A stretch of 63,400 bases of DNA, filler included, from Octopus bimaculoides (GCF_001194135.2; 8 parts of 7 records of this genome joined end to end with filler, not necessarily neighbours in it), one strand, 5' to 3'; numbered from the whole stretch's first letter, positions 1 to 11,388 are shown. Made by a program: numbers and translations. Notes: generated by a model from the letters alone, not told the origin.

Positions 1-103
1 TATATATATATACATATATACGTATACGTAAACACCCACGCATACACGCACTGGTACATAATCACACACATACGCACAGTCACCACGAACATAGGTATAC
101 ACG

Positions 104-140
<37 letters not shown>

Positions 141-189
141 ACACACGTACACACACATGTTCCTTTCTCTTTCCTCTCCCTTCCTCCTT

Positions 190-229
<40 letters not shown>

Positions 230-552
230 ATATATGCATACGTGTACCTACATTTACACATGAATACACACANNNNNNNNNNNNNNNNNNNNNNNNNNNN
301 NNNNNNNNNNNNNNNNNNNNNNNNNNNNNNNNNNNNNNNNNNNNNNNNNNNNNNNNNNNNNNNNNNNNNNNNNNNNNNNNNNNNNNNNNNNNNNNNNNNN
401 NNNNNNNNNNNNNNNNNNNNNNNNNNNNNNNNNNNNNNNNNNNNNNNNNNNNNNNNNNNNNAACCACATACACACTCGTTTGTATGTATGTATGTATGTA
501 TGTATGTATGTATGTATGGAGAGATGTATGTATGAATACATGCATACAAACA

Positions 553-585
<33 letters not shown>

Positions 586-1000
586 GTAGGCGCATGCAAT
601 CTTAATAAAGACATAACGCAACAGACATGTGAAATATACAAAAACAGAGCTATATATACGGCAGGGCACACACGTATACATATGTACAGACAAAAGTACT
701 CACACAAATACACCACATACATATATTCATATATACGCACATTCACACAAACACACATACACACATTGACAAACTCTCTCACTCGTATTTACAGAGAGAC
801 ACACGTATATATATATATATTTATATATATATATATTTATATATATACACACACATGCATTGGTCCATACATCCACACACACACTGACACATATCCGCAT
901 ACAGACTCACATATAATCACATATAACCACATACACGTGTACACACTGACGCACAAACAAACGCACACGCACGCATACATACATCATACAAGTACATCCA
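1..1000. repeat. Microsatellite mosaic (CA)n/(CT)n/(TATG)n/(TA)n around an N gap
   Basis: Directly visible simple repeats; the ORFs here translate to HT/YI/CV/SL dipeptide runs. Confidence 0.95.
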
Positions 1001-1492
1001 CCATTTCTATCTCCACTTTCACTGGCCATCAATATCGTTTCGAGGAGAATAGAAGATTTAATAATTAATGTCTGCTTTGACAGGATTATGAATTATGAAT
1101 TAGCTAACAAAATTACTCTGGCTTTAATATTTCACCGAGCTTACTGCTAACAGAAGCTTGGATAAATGTTAGCGAAAAAGAATATCTGCAATTTGCCCAG
1201 TCTGTTGGGGGCTGTTTTTGATGCATTAATAGAACACACGGGGAATTACCAAGCAACAAGCAGCGAGTGTTGAAGGCAAGGAGAAACCAGTCATCACTTT
1301 ACTTATTACGACTGTATGCATTACCTTCGAGATTATAAAATTTATAAGACTACGAGACTATGTCGCTTGGTATTCATGACACTACGTGCCTTCGAGCCCA
1401 TGGTACTACTTATCTTTGAGTCTACGTGACTACGATAATACAAAACTGCGATCCTACGAAACTGTTTGTTTACGAATCTAAGGACCTGCAAG

Positions 1493-1841
1493 GTTGTTGT
1501 GGTTGGCACTCCGTCGCTTACGACGTCGAGGGTTCCAGTTGATCCGATCAACGGAACAGCCTGCTCGTGAAATTAACGTGCAAGTGGCTGAGCACTCCAC
1601 AGACACGTGTACCCTTAAAGTAGTTCTCGGGGATATTCAGCGTGACACAGTGTGACAAGGCTGACCCTTTGAATTACAGGCACAACAGAAACAGGAAGTA
1701 AGAGTGAGAGAAAGCTGTGGTGAAAGAGTACAGCAGGGTTCGCCACCATCCCCTGCCCGAACCTCGTGAAGCTTTAGGTGTTTTCGCTCAATAAACACTC
1801 ACAACGCCCGGTCTGGGAATCGAAACCGCGATCCTATGACC
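1493..1841 (-). mobile_element. tRNA-derived SINE, family X (head truncated by gap)
   Basis: Minus strand reads GGTCATAGGATCGCGGTTTCGATTCCCAGACCGGG (B-box GGTTTCGATTCC), then a body ending GGAACCCTCGACGTCGTAAGCGACGGAGTGCCAAC plus an AAC-like tail; near-identical to 39646-40000. Confidence 0.85.
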
Positions 1842-2344
1842 NNNNNNNNNNNNNNNNNNNNNNNNNNNNNNNNNNNNNNNNNNNNNNNNNNNNNNNNNNN
1901 NNNNNNNNNNNNNNNNNNNNNNNNNNNNNNNNNNNNNNNNNNNNNNNNNNNNNNNNNNNNNNNNNNNNNNNNNNNNNNNNNNNNNNNNNNNNNNNNNNNN
2001 NNNNNNNNNNNNNNNNNNNNNNNNNNNNNNNNNNNNNNNNNNNNNNNNNNNNNNNNNNNNNNNNNNNNNNNNNNNNNNNNNNNNNNNNNNNNNNNNNNNN
2101 NNNNNNNNNNNNNNNNNNNNNNNNNNNNNNNNNNNNNNNNNNNNNNNNNNNNNNNNNNNNNNNNNNNNNNNNNNNNNNNNNNNNNNNNNNNNNNNNNNNN
2201 NNNNNNNNNNNNNNNNNNNNNNNNNNNNNNNNNNNNNNNNNNNNNNNNNNNNNNNNNNNNNNNNNNNNNNNNNNNNNNNNNNNNNNNNNNNNNNNNNNNN
2301 NNNNNNNNNNNNNNNNNNNNNNNNNNNNNNNNNNNNNNNNNNNN

Positions 2345-2375
<31 letters not shown>

Positions 2376-2385
2376 CATTATTACC

Positions 2386-2597
2386 AAGGCAGCGAGCTGG
2401 CAGAATCGTTAGCACGCCGAGAAGATGCTTAGCAGCATTTCGTCCGTCTTTTCGTTCTGAGTTCGAATTCCACCAAGTCGACTTTGCCTTTCATCCTTTC
2501 GGGGTCGATGAAATAAGTACCATATACGCACTGGGGTCAATGTAATCGACTAGCCCCCTCCCACCAAATTTCAGACCTTGTGCCTATAGTAGAAAAG

Positions 2598-2630
<33 letters not shown>
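2386..2630 (+). mobile_element. Dominant tRNA-derived SINE (family M) with (ATT)n tail
   Basis: A-box-like GAGCTGGCAGAATCG, B-box GAGTTCGAATTCC, conserved GTCGACTTTGCCTTTCATCCTTTCGGGGTCGAT core, and 3' CCTTGTGCCTATAGTAGAAAAG(ATT)n; more than 20 relatives in the window. Confidence 0.9.
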
Positions 2631-2633
<3 letters not shown>

Positions 2634-3910
2634 TAGTCTTATTTTTATCACGTGCTTTCAATGCACTACCGTTCACAGCTCTTTGTGTCTTGGGTATGTG
2701 CTGTGATTTATTATGATGTTCTGATTTTTACTGTATTGAAAGTGTTTTACGTAGGATGTGTGCGGTGCCTAGGAGTGCTATTTTTTGTATATAATTGTTA
2801 GTCCTGGTATTTTTATAATGTATTTGTCTGAATATTTTTTTATCATACCTAATGCGCCTACTATGATAGGAATTGTTTCTGTTTTTAGACTCCGCATTCG
2901 AGTTACCACTATTTCCAGATCTTTGTATTTTGAAAGTTTTTCTGTTTCTTTTAGAGAAGCATTGTCATCTGTTGGTAATGATACATCGATTAGAAAGCAT
3001 TGTTTTTTCTTGGTGATCTCTGACAACTATATCCGGCCCATTGGCCTTAATTTCTCTGTCTGTGTGTATTGGCATATCCCAAAGTATGGTTGCTTTCTCA
3101 TTTTCTGTAACCTTTTCTAGCGTGTGCATACACCATCTTTTTTCTGTTGTTATTCCATAGCTTCCAGTGTATATAAGTCCCAACTCTGTCGTGTCTGTGA
3201 ATATATTCCTTCTTAGCCAGGACTGGGCAGCCAGAGACAATATGATTTATTGTTTCTTCTCCATCTCCACATATTTTTCAGTTACTTCTGTTTCTTTTCA
3301 TTACATGTTTTTGGTAATTTCTAGTGGGAAGGCTTTGATCTTGTGCTGCAATTAAAAATGCTTCAGTCTCTGCTTTGAGTCCTGAGCTTTTCAGCCATTG
3401 TTGGGATTTTGCTTTGTCTATTTCTTTTCTGTTTAGTTTAACTCAGTATTTGCTACGAAGGAGCTTTTCTTGCAATCGTTTTATCATAATCCGTTGCTGT
3501 TCCAGTTTTAGTTTGGATTTCAGTTGTTTTACAGTTTTCCTCGTTTTTTCTTTTTCTTCATAGTTGTTAAGTACTATGACTTATTTTTTGTATCTGTCAG
3601 CTTTCTTAAAGACTGGCTATTTGTATTAGTTTTCCTTGCTTCTGAAGTCCTGTGGTGATTATTTTGTAATATTTTTCTAGATGTATAAGGCCTCTACCAC
3701 CTTCTATACGTTGTATATATATATAACCTTTCTATGTCAGATTTTGGGTGGCGCATCCTAAATCTTGTCATTATTTTTTCTTGTCTATTTTAATTAGCTC
3801 GTTTAAAGTCCAGTTAAGAATATTGTAGCTGTAACTTATAACAGGGACGGCTAGATTGTTGATACTTATTATCTTGTTTTTCGTATTGAGCTCTGTTTTC
3901 AGTATTAATC
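2631..3910 (-). mobile_element. 5'-truncated R4/Dong-like RLE non-LTR retrotransposon (family A), decayed
   Basis: Minus-strand frames give WLKSSGLKAETEAFLIAAQDQSLPTR, zinc knuckle ICGDGEETINHIVSGCPVLAKKEYIHRH, and the RLE motif PDIVVRD...FLIDVSLPTDDNASLKETEKLSKYKDL...PIIVGALG. A 3' UTR runs into (AAT)n; TAT repeats lie at both ends. Confidence 0.9.
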
Positions 3911-3929
3911 TATTATTATTATTATTATT

Positions 3930-4160
3930 TTATGTTTGACTTTTGTTTTGCATTTGTACAAGTTGGATCCAAGTCTCACCCAGAGACCTCAAGAGACAAC
4001 AAGTTAGAAGTTCATGTAGGTGTTATGCCTAGGGTACCATATATTTGGATTTGTACAGTTTTGTTCAAGTGAATGTTTAAGAAACCATAAGAAAATTATG
4101 TGTTTGCTTTAAAATTTGAGATCACATAGACAGTATTTTACGTAGGATATGGGCAGTTCC

Positions 4161-4161
<1 letters not shown>
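3930..4161 (-). mobile_element. Short 3' end of a second R4/Dong-like family (B)
   Basis: Minus strand begins GGGAACTGCCCATATCCTACGTAAAATACTGTCTATGTGA (GTAHILRKILSM*), the typical C-terminus of these ORFs. The ~190-nt 3' UTR differs from family A; (AAT)n lies on both sides. Confidence 0.7.
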
Positions 4162-4224
<63 letters not shown>

Positions 4225-4735
4225 CACTATGCCATATGCCCACGGGCATGTAAATAATGTAAAAATCACGAATGTAGAATTAAAAATAACTCAAAATGAA
4301 TTTGCATATAATTAACTGATTTCATTATCATTTCTCGCGGAACTCCTATTGACCTCTCGCAGAATTCAAGTATTTCCGGGTAAGTCCAGTACAAAATGTT
4401 GGTATAGAGTATGAATTATATGGGTTTTTGTATTATTATATTAAAAGTTGAATGCAATGTGAATGTGGAGTGTGAGTTGTGTTATTTTTACTGACAAGCA
4501 ATTCTGATGCAAATGTACAAATGTGTTGTGTGATTTCTTTTATTGTAGTTCAGAGGTGATTATGTAAACTGCATGTGTTGTGTGGATTATAATAGACTAT
4601 AAGTTGGTGACCGTGTGAAGTACGTATTGTGTGGGTTGGTTATATTATTGAGTAAGAATGTAAGGTTATGTTATATCGGGTGTTGATTATGTGGGTCACT
4701 TGTATGACTTTCTACTGGTTATATTGTACACACAT

Positions 4736-4766
<31 letters not shown>

Positions 4767-4783
4767 AAAATGTTGGTATATAT

Positions 4784-4822
<39 letters not shown>

Positions 4823-4867
4823 AATTTAGTGAATGGAGTAAAACACATATTTTAACTGCATACTTTT

Positions 4868-4957
4868 ATTTCCAACATATGTTTCGAAGATTACAAATTA
4901 TACCTTCCATAGGAATCGGTGATGTTGTTAAGAATGTAATCTTCTCTTCAGGGAAAT
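4868..4957 (-). ncRNA. Type I hammerhead ribozyme motif, canonical core, long stem II loop
   Basis: Minus strand: ATTTCC-CTGAAGA-GAAGATTACA-(39 nt)-TGTAATCTTC-GAAA-C-ATAT-GT-T-GGAAAT. Stem I 6 bp, stem II 10 bp, palindromic stem III ACATATGT, cleavage triplet GUU. Confidence 0.85.
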
Positions 4958-5039
4958 GCATGGGAACCAGCTTAAACGTAAGACATTTTAACCGANNNNN
5001 NNNNNNNNNNNNNNNNNNNNNNNNNNNNNNNNNNNNNNN

Positions 5040-5051
5040 TTAATTAATTAA
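5040..5051. other. Assembly gap spacer TTAATTAATTAA (also 8279, 17905, 23326, 28317, 57475, 60181)
   Basis: Identical 12-mer, always centred between N-runs (44+12+44 = 100 nt at 4996-5095), with stops in all six frames; technical, not biological. Confidence 0.95.
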
Positions 5052-5095
5052 NNNNNNNNNNNNNNNNNNNNNNNNNNNNNNNNNNNNNNNNNNNN

Positions 5096-5152
<57 letters not shown>

Positions 5153-6124
5153 ATATATATATATGTATATATATATATGTAGATATATATATGTATATAT
5201 ATAACTCAATCATTTTAGCTATTCCACAATTTACTCTTCTCAATTGCTATTTCCCTTTTGAAATCTCGAAATAAAATAAATAATGACATACAATGAACCT
5301 AATACTGGCCTGTTAGCACCCTTTAACGAACTAAGTTATTGTTCAGAATAGCACGATATAAATAGATAAATATACAAAAAAGGCTTTGGAATCAAATAAC
5401 TTCACTCCTTTAGGCAGTACAGCCGTGCTTTGTGCTAACACTTCACCCGATCGATATCAGCTTTTAAGTGTTTCTCTGCCTAACTAACACAACATTATTT
5501 CACGTCGATTACATTAAGTGGTTGATATTAAGTTTATATTGTGAGCAGTTTCTCCTCTTCTTGTACAGAGTAATAAATCCTACCTTTCTGACGTATATTC
5601 ATGAGAATTGACCAAAAGAAATTGGTAGTAAATTATTGCTAAAAGCTTGAATATTAATCATTATATATTCCCGAGTAACAAAATGAAACAGAAATTATGG
5701 ATGAACTCCATATCATGAATTGAGGCACTTTACTGGAGTGCAACCACAAGGAATTTTAATCAATAACTACAGTCTAAGAGCAACTGAAGAGCATAATAAT
5801 ACTGCTGAATGTCTTTAAAACTTCCGCTTGATTTATGGTCGAACACTGCTTATACATCTGATTAAATGTTGCGTTGCTTCACAAGAAATGTTTAGAGGTC
5901 CATACACTATAATTAAGAGAACTCAGAAAAGTTGTTCGCTCATTTTTCTCTGCCTCTATTTAACCATGGTACTGTCATGGATCGACTTTCAGTCTGCAGA
6001 ATATGTTCTTTATAACGCATACATATAGGCTGTGAGTTGGCAGAAAGTTTAAAGCCTCGGATTCAATATGTAACCATATATGTTCTGATTGTCCGGGTTC
6101 AAAATTCAAATGCCGCCGAGCTAA

Positions 6125-6167
6125 ACTTCTTTTCTTCCTTCCTTCTTTCTTTCTTTCTTTCTTTCGT

Positions 6168-6207
<40 letters not shown>
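6125..6207. repeat. (TTTC)n/(TTCC)n microsatellite
   Basis: Directly visible. Confidence 0.95.
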
Positions 6208-6541
6208 AACTGATCGCAATAAATGAAAATTTAAAGCGGTGGATAGTAACGAAGGAAATGTAAAGAAGATGGAACATTTGTTCTAGTCCTTTACAGAGTA
6301 CGTTCGAAGCCTGAAAGGGCGTGCTTGGGTGGTAGTATTAATCCGTTACCGGTTGTGACACTAGCAGATGGCATTTGAAATGTCTTTGGTGGAATGGACG
6401 CTGTTACAAACATGCGCGGCAGGTGTCTTGTTTGAGTAAGCGTTTCATTCTCCTGCTTATACCAGACACACATTCCTTGTAAATAGTCTCGGACACAATT
6501 TCCCGCCCTGCCTACTGCCTACCATTTACTGACACACACAC

Positions 6542-6576
<35 letters not shown>

Positions 6577-7431
6577 NNNNNNNNNNNNNNNNNNNNNNNN
6601 NNNNNNNNNNNNNNNNNNNNNNNNNNNNNNNNNNNNNNNNNNNNNNNNNNNNNNNNNNNNNNNNNNNNNNNNNNNNNNNNNNNNNNNNNNNNNNNNNNNN
6701 NNNNNNNNNNNNNNNNNNNNNNNNNNNNNNNNNNNNNNNNNNNNNNNNNNNNNNNNNNNNNNNNNNNNNNNNNNNNNNNNNNNNNNNNNNNNNNNNNNNN
6801 NNNNNNNNNNNNNNNNNNNNNNNNNNNNNNNNNNNNNNNNNNNNNNNNNNNNNNNNNNNNNNNNNNNNNNNNNNNNNNNNNNNNNNNNNNNNNNNNNNNN
6901 NNNNNNNATACATATGTCCATATACAAATATATATATATACATATCTATGTTTACTCACACAGACACACACGCTCACATATGGAGAAAATGTGTAATGCG
7001 CACGATTCTTTAGACACCTATTCTGCTAATAGCACACTGCATCTTGTACTACAAATTTTATCCAGCTTGTTTGGTCATAAGTGTCAAATCTGTGACTATC
7101 TTACACTCATACTAGGAGCAGCGCCCTCAGTTACATGCTTACAACCAACTATATGAAAATGACGAAACCTATAATTCTAACCATATTTCGTCATTTAATT
7201 ACATGTATATACTGTGAATATAAACTATTAATGAGAACATCACAGGCTTATGAGCAACAATCAATACGCAATGTTTTATGGCACGAAAACCCCAAGTTTC
7301 ACTTCATGTTTTAGAATATCAAGTCACCAGGGCTGTTCTGACTGTAATGTGTTTTTGCACATTTCCGCACACAATCTTGATTGCACTTCAGAAATAGATT
7401 CAATGGAATTGTAATTAAAAACTACATGTAC

Positions 7432-7496
7432 CACTGTATATGTATCTGATAGGAGACATTATCCTCCATGTCAGTAATTATATCGACCAAAGCATG
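7432..7496 (-). CDS. Candidate internal exon B (HALVDIITDMEDNVSYQIHIQ)
   Basis: Pyrimidine-rich acceptor CTCATGTCTCTTTCATTCACTCAG, donor TG|GTACAT, open phase-0 frame. Unverified. Confidence 0.25.
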
Positions 7497-8198
7497 CTGA
7501 GTGAATGAAAGAGACATGAGGCTGTGCAAAATCACAATGGTTACAGATCATGTTACACCGAGTATAGAGATTATAAGCAAAACAAAGATGGTCGTTAATG
7601 AAATTATTTCAAAGGAAATAAGGTTTTATAACAAGAAAGATAGTAGCTGATATATTAACATAAATATCATACCGCACATAACATATTAGTCCGGTATGAA
7701 ATTTGTACATTTATAATTTGATACATAATGCTACCATGGTATTGGTTAATGTAGTAATTAACACCGCAGGTATATTACTATACTTCCAAATAAATGGACG
7801 ATTTGCGTTTTAAATGTATACCATAATTAAATCCGTGTACCATAATTTGAGAAATTTAGTTTGGATTAAGGTTATGAGAATAAATTAAAGCATATTCTAA
7901 AAATTATTTAAGACAACCACAGAGGAGTACTGATTGATTTGGCATTATTGTGAACATTACTTTTCTCAATAATAGTAACTAACAATAAAATATGTCACAA
8001 TATTGATGCCAGGAGTTTTATAATTATTAGGCGAGACTAATGAACAGACTGCGACATTATATTTGACAATATGATTAAGATTAATTAGTTATTCAAATAT
8101 TTGTATATTTTGATAATACATTATATTTTTCAATCATTACTATATAGTAATATATTTTAGCTATTACATTACGCCATTTACTCGAGCCACAATAAATG

Positions 8199-8234
<36 letters not shown>

Positions 8235-8471
8235 NNNNNNNNNNNNNNNNNNNNNNNNNNNNNNNNNNNNNNNNNNNNTTAATTAATTAANNNNNNNNNN
8301 NNNNNNNNNNNNNNNNNNNNNNNNNNNNNNNNNNATATACATACATATATATTACAGACACAAACATGCATATATTCTTTTATGCAGACATGCATGTATA
8401 CTTGCACATAATTGAATACCAAATATATAAAAAAAAAAAACATCGACAGCACATTTTGTTTTCGGAATTAC

Positions 8472-8670
8472 TGAACACTCGAGGCCTATTTCAGTATGTA
8501 TGGTTAAATGGCCGGCTGGCTGACTAGATGGATGGTTGTATCTAACTTCGTACGTGACATTCACAGCAAACATGGGTAAACACACGTCAATAAGAAGAAC
8601 CTCATTCTTATAGACATCTACGTAGCACTTATTGAACATTTCTTTGGCAATGTGGTGATATGTTTGCAGA
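8472..8670 (-). CDS. Candidate internal exon A (LQTYHHIAKEMFNKCYVDVYKNEVLLIDVCLPMFAVNVTYEVRYNHPSSQPAGHLTIHTEIGLECS)
   Basis: Unique sequence, open 66-codon frame, acceptor TCTCATTGGCTTTTAG, donor TCA|GTAATT; phase-compatible with candidate exon B. No family confirmed. Confidence 0.3.
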
Positions 8671-8794
8671 CTAAAAGCCAATGAGATCAGCCACACTTCA
8701 TAAATCAGCCTTCTTAACAGATATTAATGCTGCGCTGCTTACTTTCAATAGATGGTTTGATCTTACCAAACCATCATTCAAATTCTGCGTCTGC

Positions 8795-8941
8795 ATAGGC
8801 GTAGGCTTTGCTGTGTGGTAAAAAGCTTGCTTCAAAACCACTTGGTTCCGGGTTCAGTCCCACTGCGTGGCATCTTGTGCCTGCGTGTCTTCTAATATAG
8901 CTATGGGCCGACCAAAGCCTTGTGAGTGTATATGTATAGAT

Positions 8942-8995
<54 letters not shown>

Positions 8996-9134
8996 NNNNN
9001 NNNNNNNNNNNNNNNNNNNNNNNCCGATAGAATAAGTACTAGGCTTACAAAGTGTAAGTCTTGAGGGTCGATTTGTTCGACTGAAGCCGGTGCTCCAGCA
9101 TGGCCGCTGTCAAATGTCTGAAGAAGAAAAGAAA
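8795..9134 (+). mobile_element. tRNA-derived SINE with CORE-like domain and internal (GT)n (family C)
   Basis: B-box GGTTCAGTCCC, a diverged version of the family's CTTGGGCAAGTGTCTTCTACTATAGC domain (MIR-core-like), and 3' GGTGCTCCAGCATGGCC...GAA-rich end. Confidence 0.8.
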
Positions 9135-9178
9135 GTGCATCTGTGTATATTTGTTAACTTGGTTTCAGGGGGGCGGGG

Positions 9179-9455
9179 GGAAGACGCGTGGCTTAGAGCT
9201 TAGCGTATTTGGCTCACGGTCGTAATGCCGCGAGTTCGATTCTCAGCAGCGCGATGTGTTTTTGATCAAGACGGTTTATTTCACGTTGCTCCAGTCCACT
9301 CAGTTGGCAAAAATGAGCAGTACCAGCTTCGTCCCGCTAAATCTCTCCGAGAACTACGTTAAGGGTACGCATGTCTGTAGAGTGCTCAGCCACTTGCACG
9401 TTAATTTCATGAGCAGGCTGTTGTTTTCTTGATCGGATCAACTGGAACCCCTCAT
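9179..9455 (+). mobile_element. tRNA-derived SINE, head type H2 joined to the family-X 3' module
   Basis: Head GAAGACGCGTGGCTTAG...GAGTTCGATTCTC; 3' GAACTACGTTAAGGGTAC...GATCGGATCAACTGGAACCC matches the reverse complement of 1520-1630 and 39670-39780. Confidence 0.75.
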
Positions 9456-9460
9456 CGATT

Positions 9461-9680
9461 AAGGCGGCGAGCTGGCAGAAACGTTAGCATACCGAGCGAA
9501 ATGCTTAGCGGTATTTCGTCCATCTTTATGTTCTGAGTTCAAATTCTGCCGAGGTCGACTTTGCCTCTTACCCTTTCAGGATCAATAAATTAAGTACCAG
9601 TTGTACACTGAGGTCGATCTAATCGACTGGCCCACTCCACCAAAATTTTGGGCCTTGTGCCTAGAGTAGAAAAGAATAAT
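9461..9680 (+). mobile_element. SINE family M, full length
   Basis: GGCGGCGAGCTGGCAGAA...GAGTTCAAATTC...GGCCTTGTGCCTAGAGTAGAAAAG. Confidence 0.9.
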
Positions 9681-9703
9681 ATTAGTTAATGAGCCCCGTC
9701 CGC

Positions 9704-11091
9704 TAGCAGTATTGTCTGGGGTGAATACACCTCAGTGATATTAAAATGTTTATAGGTTCACTATGAGTGTAAAAAAATGTGATAGCTCTTTCAGCTCGGT
9801 AGCTTTTTTTGCAGATTTATGAAATTTCACCAATACTCATACTGTAGTACTTCTGCGCGTGATGACTACAACACATATGACATCGTTCAGACATCTAGCA
9901 GAACTTAGAATGACCAGAACAAGCTCCTCGTATACGCAGACAGTCTTTCCATGGATGATCTTGTTACAAAAAACCGCAGACTGGATCAGGAGCTGCGAGA
10001 ATTAAAGACAATTCTGTCTGAGGTTTCTCTGACCAAAGCAACAGTGCAGCTAAGACAGCAGATAAAGAATCAAGATCTCAATCAAACATGGCTACCAAGC
10101 ACCGAGTAAGATGTCATTCCCGACACTGTTACCAAATTTCTCTATTTCTTGCTGACTGGGGAAAACGAGTGTACAAATCCCTCAGAAAGGGTCAAGCATT
10201 TTGCTACCTCTTTTGGAAGTGACCTGGTGTTTGCTGTTACCTGTGGCAAAACCAAGCTGAGGAAACTGATGTGTCTGAGGTTCTGTAGCAAAATCCCGTT
10301 CTCCCTGTACGAAAAGTGTGGTACAAAAAACAGAACACGCTTCCTTGACATTACGAGTCATGCTCGGGTGGGGGGGGGGAGCATCTCTGATGCTTTGATT
10401 GGCATGCATGCCTTCACAGGCTGTGATACAGTCAGTATTTTTGCTGGCTGTAGAAAACTGACAACGTTCAAACAGATGAAATCCAACAAGACTTTCCAAG
10501 AAGCATTCAGTGAACTGAGGCGGTCTCGGGATATATCTCCTGAACTGTTTCAAAAGCTACATTATGTTAACCTGCCAAATGTACATGCCTTCTGCTTCAA
10601 CAACTGAAATAAATAAACTTCGATACTAGCTCTTTTTGCGCTAGACATGGAGAAATTGAGTCAACTACATCCATGTGAGGACTGCTAGTTCATGCATGCT
10701 CTTCGTGATAACTACCAAGCAGCCATCTGGAGAAGATTCTACAGGCCCAATCCTTTGTCCCAAGCCTCATCGGCTGTGGTTGGACATTAGACGAAGAGAG
10801 TGATCTCTCCATTGCTTGAACGTGCAGTTCACTTGCACTGGATGCTGTTCTGTTAGTCAAAATAAAAGACATATCCCACGTTGTGAGATTTTAAAATAGT
10901 AATTTTCCAAAATGAAAGATGCTTGTGAAATTTTCGTTTGCAGTTTCTTATGGAGGTTATGTCTATTTATAAAGTGATAATTACTACTAAGCTACCATTC
11001 TGACAAGGCTGTCATATATAAATAGAAACTAGAGACATACTGCAAATCAAAAATTACCATAACAATTATTCACCCCCATGTAGTACTGATA
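9704..11091 (+). mobile_element. Internally deleted, decayed Academ-type (XPG nuclease-encoding) DNA transposon
   Basis: Frameshifted coding remnant ~9910-10860 includes SFGSDLVFAVTCGKTK, AEETDV, LIGMHAFTGCDTVSIFAG (H3TH/XPG-like), HALRDNYQAAIWRR and GCGWTLDEE. Degenerate inverted termini: TAGCAGTATTGTCTGGGGTGAATA (9704-9727) vs reverse complement of 11067-11091; a second match GGTAGCTT lies 71-78 nt inside both ends. Confidence 0.7.
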
Positions 11092-11183
11092 CAGAAATTT
11101 TGGGGTCTGCGCTCAAAGACTAATGTAAACCAACATACAAACATGTCAAAGCACCCACATTTGTGCATTCTCGATGTCCGAGT

Positions 11184-11345
11184 GAAGGTGCGTGGCTTAG
11201 TTGCTGAGGTATTCCACTTACGATCGAAAGGTCCTCCGTTAGATTCCTGGCGGTGCTTGTGCTCTTGAGCAAGTCTTTTTATTTCACGTTGCTCCAGTCT
11301 ATTCAGCTGACAAAAATGAGTCTTACTTAGATTTCAAAGGGCCAG
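11184..11345 (+). mobile_element. Decayed tRNA-derived SINE, head type H2
   Basis: GAAGGTGCGTGGCTTAG...TTTATTTCACGTTGCTCCAGTC..TCAGCTGACAAAAATGAG, shared with 9179-9320. Confidence 0.7.
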
Positions 11346-11357
11346 CGTTGTTATATG

Positions 11358-11388
<31 letters not shown>

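Noticed and set aside
6297-6435. Plus-strand acceptor/donor pair (TTTACAG ... GA|GTAAGC)
   Set aside because: Stops in all three frames; could only be a non-coding exon and there is no evidence for one.
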